The translations under genes were made by a program, and so were the position numbers. From the human T2T-CHM13v2.0 reference genome, Homo sapiens, in assembly GCF_009914755.1 (NCBI RefSeq), contig NC_060947.1: a DNA stretch of 64,000 nucleotides; one strand, 5' to 3'. Below are positions 63,480-64,000 of this stretch, piece after piece (position 1 is the first letter of the stretch; each line of letters starts with the position of its first letter). The notes under the pieces are model-generated. The model did not search any database and was not told where the DNA came from. It worked only from the letters and a program-made list of their open reading frames with translations.

Positions 63480-64000
63480 GCTTAATTACAAAGGGGAAAA
63501 CATAACTCTAAAGCGGAGAGCTCTGAAGATCATCACATTAACAAGTGACCAAACTTAGCATCACCAACAGTGTGACAACATGACATAATGTGCCTTCTGA
63601 TGGGATGCAATAAAAAATACATAACATCACTTCCACAGCACTCTTGCCAAATACGTTGAACCTGAATCTTACAATGAGTAATGAGGTAAATCCACAATGT
63701 GGGACATTCTACAAGACAACTAGCCTGGACACCTTTAAAAAGTCATGATCACGAAAACCAAAAGGTTGTGGATTAAAAGAGATTAAAGAGACCCAACAAC
63801 GAAATGTAATGTGTGAAACTTGCAGGATCATCAATTTTAAAAAAAACAGCTATAAAGGGGGCATTTTGGGGGCAACTGGAAAAGCTTATACATAGACTGT
63901 ATACTAAATGACATTACTGAATCAATGTTTTCAGGTGGGATTGTGGTTATGTAAGAAAATGTCATTATTCTTAGGAGATACATGCTTAAGTATTTAGAGA
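63480..64000 (+). mobile_element. Old L1MC/L1ME 3' UTR fragment
   Basis: caagtgaccaaacttagcatcacc...gggacattctacaagacaac...cattattcttaggagatacatgct. Confidence 0.7.

Overview
Primate (human-like) genomic DNA, very repeat-rich, with no prokaryotic features. The only protein-coding gene I can support is the 3' end of SMARCA1 (SNF2L, ISWI chromatin remodeller, X-linked) on the minus strand. Its penultimate exon is 47225-47115 ([14 protein letters not shown]...TKTPM), with a second donor 31 nt downstream giving a VKFSAFS* tail. Its last exon starts at 46015 (SQKRKAESATESSGKKDVKKVKS*) and the 3' UTR runs to about 45285; 47226-64000 is intron. The rest is layered transposable elements plus a 5S rRNA retrocopy and a 1 kb (TATATG)n array. 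The most notable structures are: (1) a single TSD-bounded insertion made of a 5'-inverted L1PA3 carrying a spliced RPS26 fragment at its 3' end; (2) an L1 inserted into another L1 whose 5' end stops exactly at the homologous position of its target; (3) a decayed Gypsy/class-III-like LTR retroelement with readable RT and integrase motifs; (4) a candidate alternative terminal or poison exon in the SMARCA1 intron; (5) a hAT element with unexplained GC-richer cargo. Repeat family names are from recall of consensus sequences, not from a search, and boundaries of old repeats are approximate.
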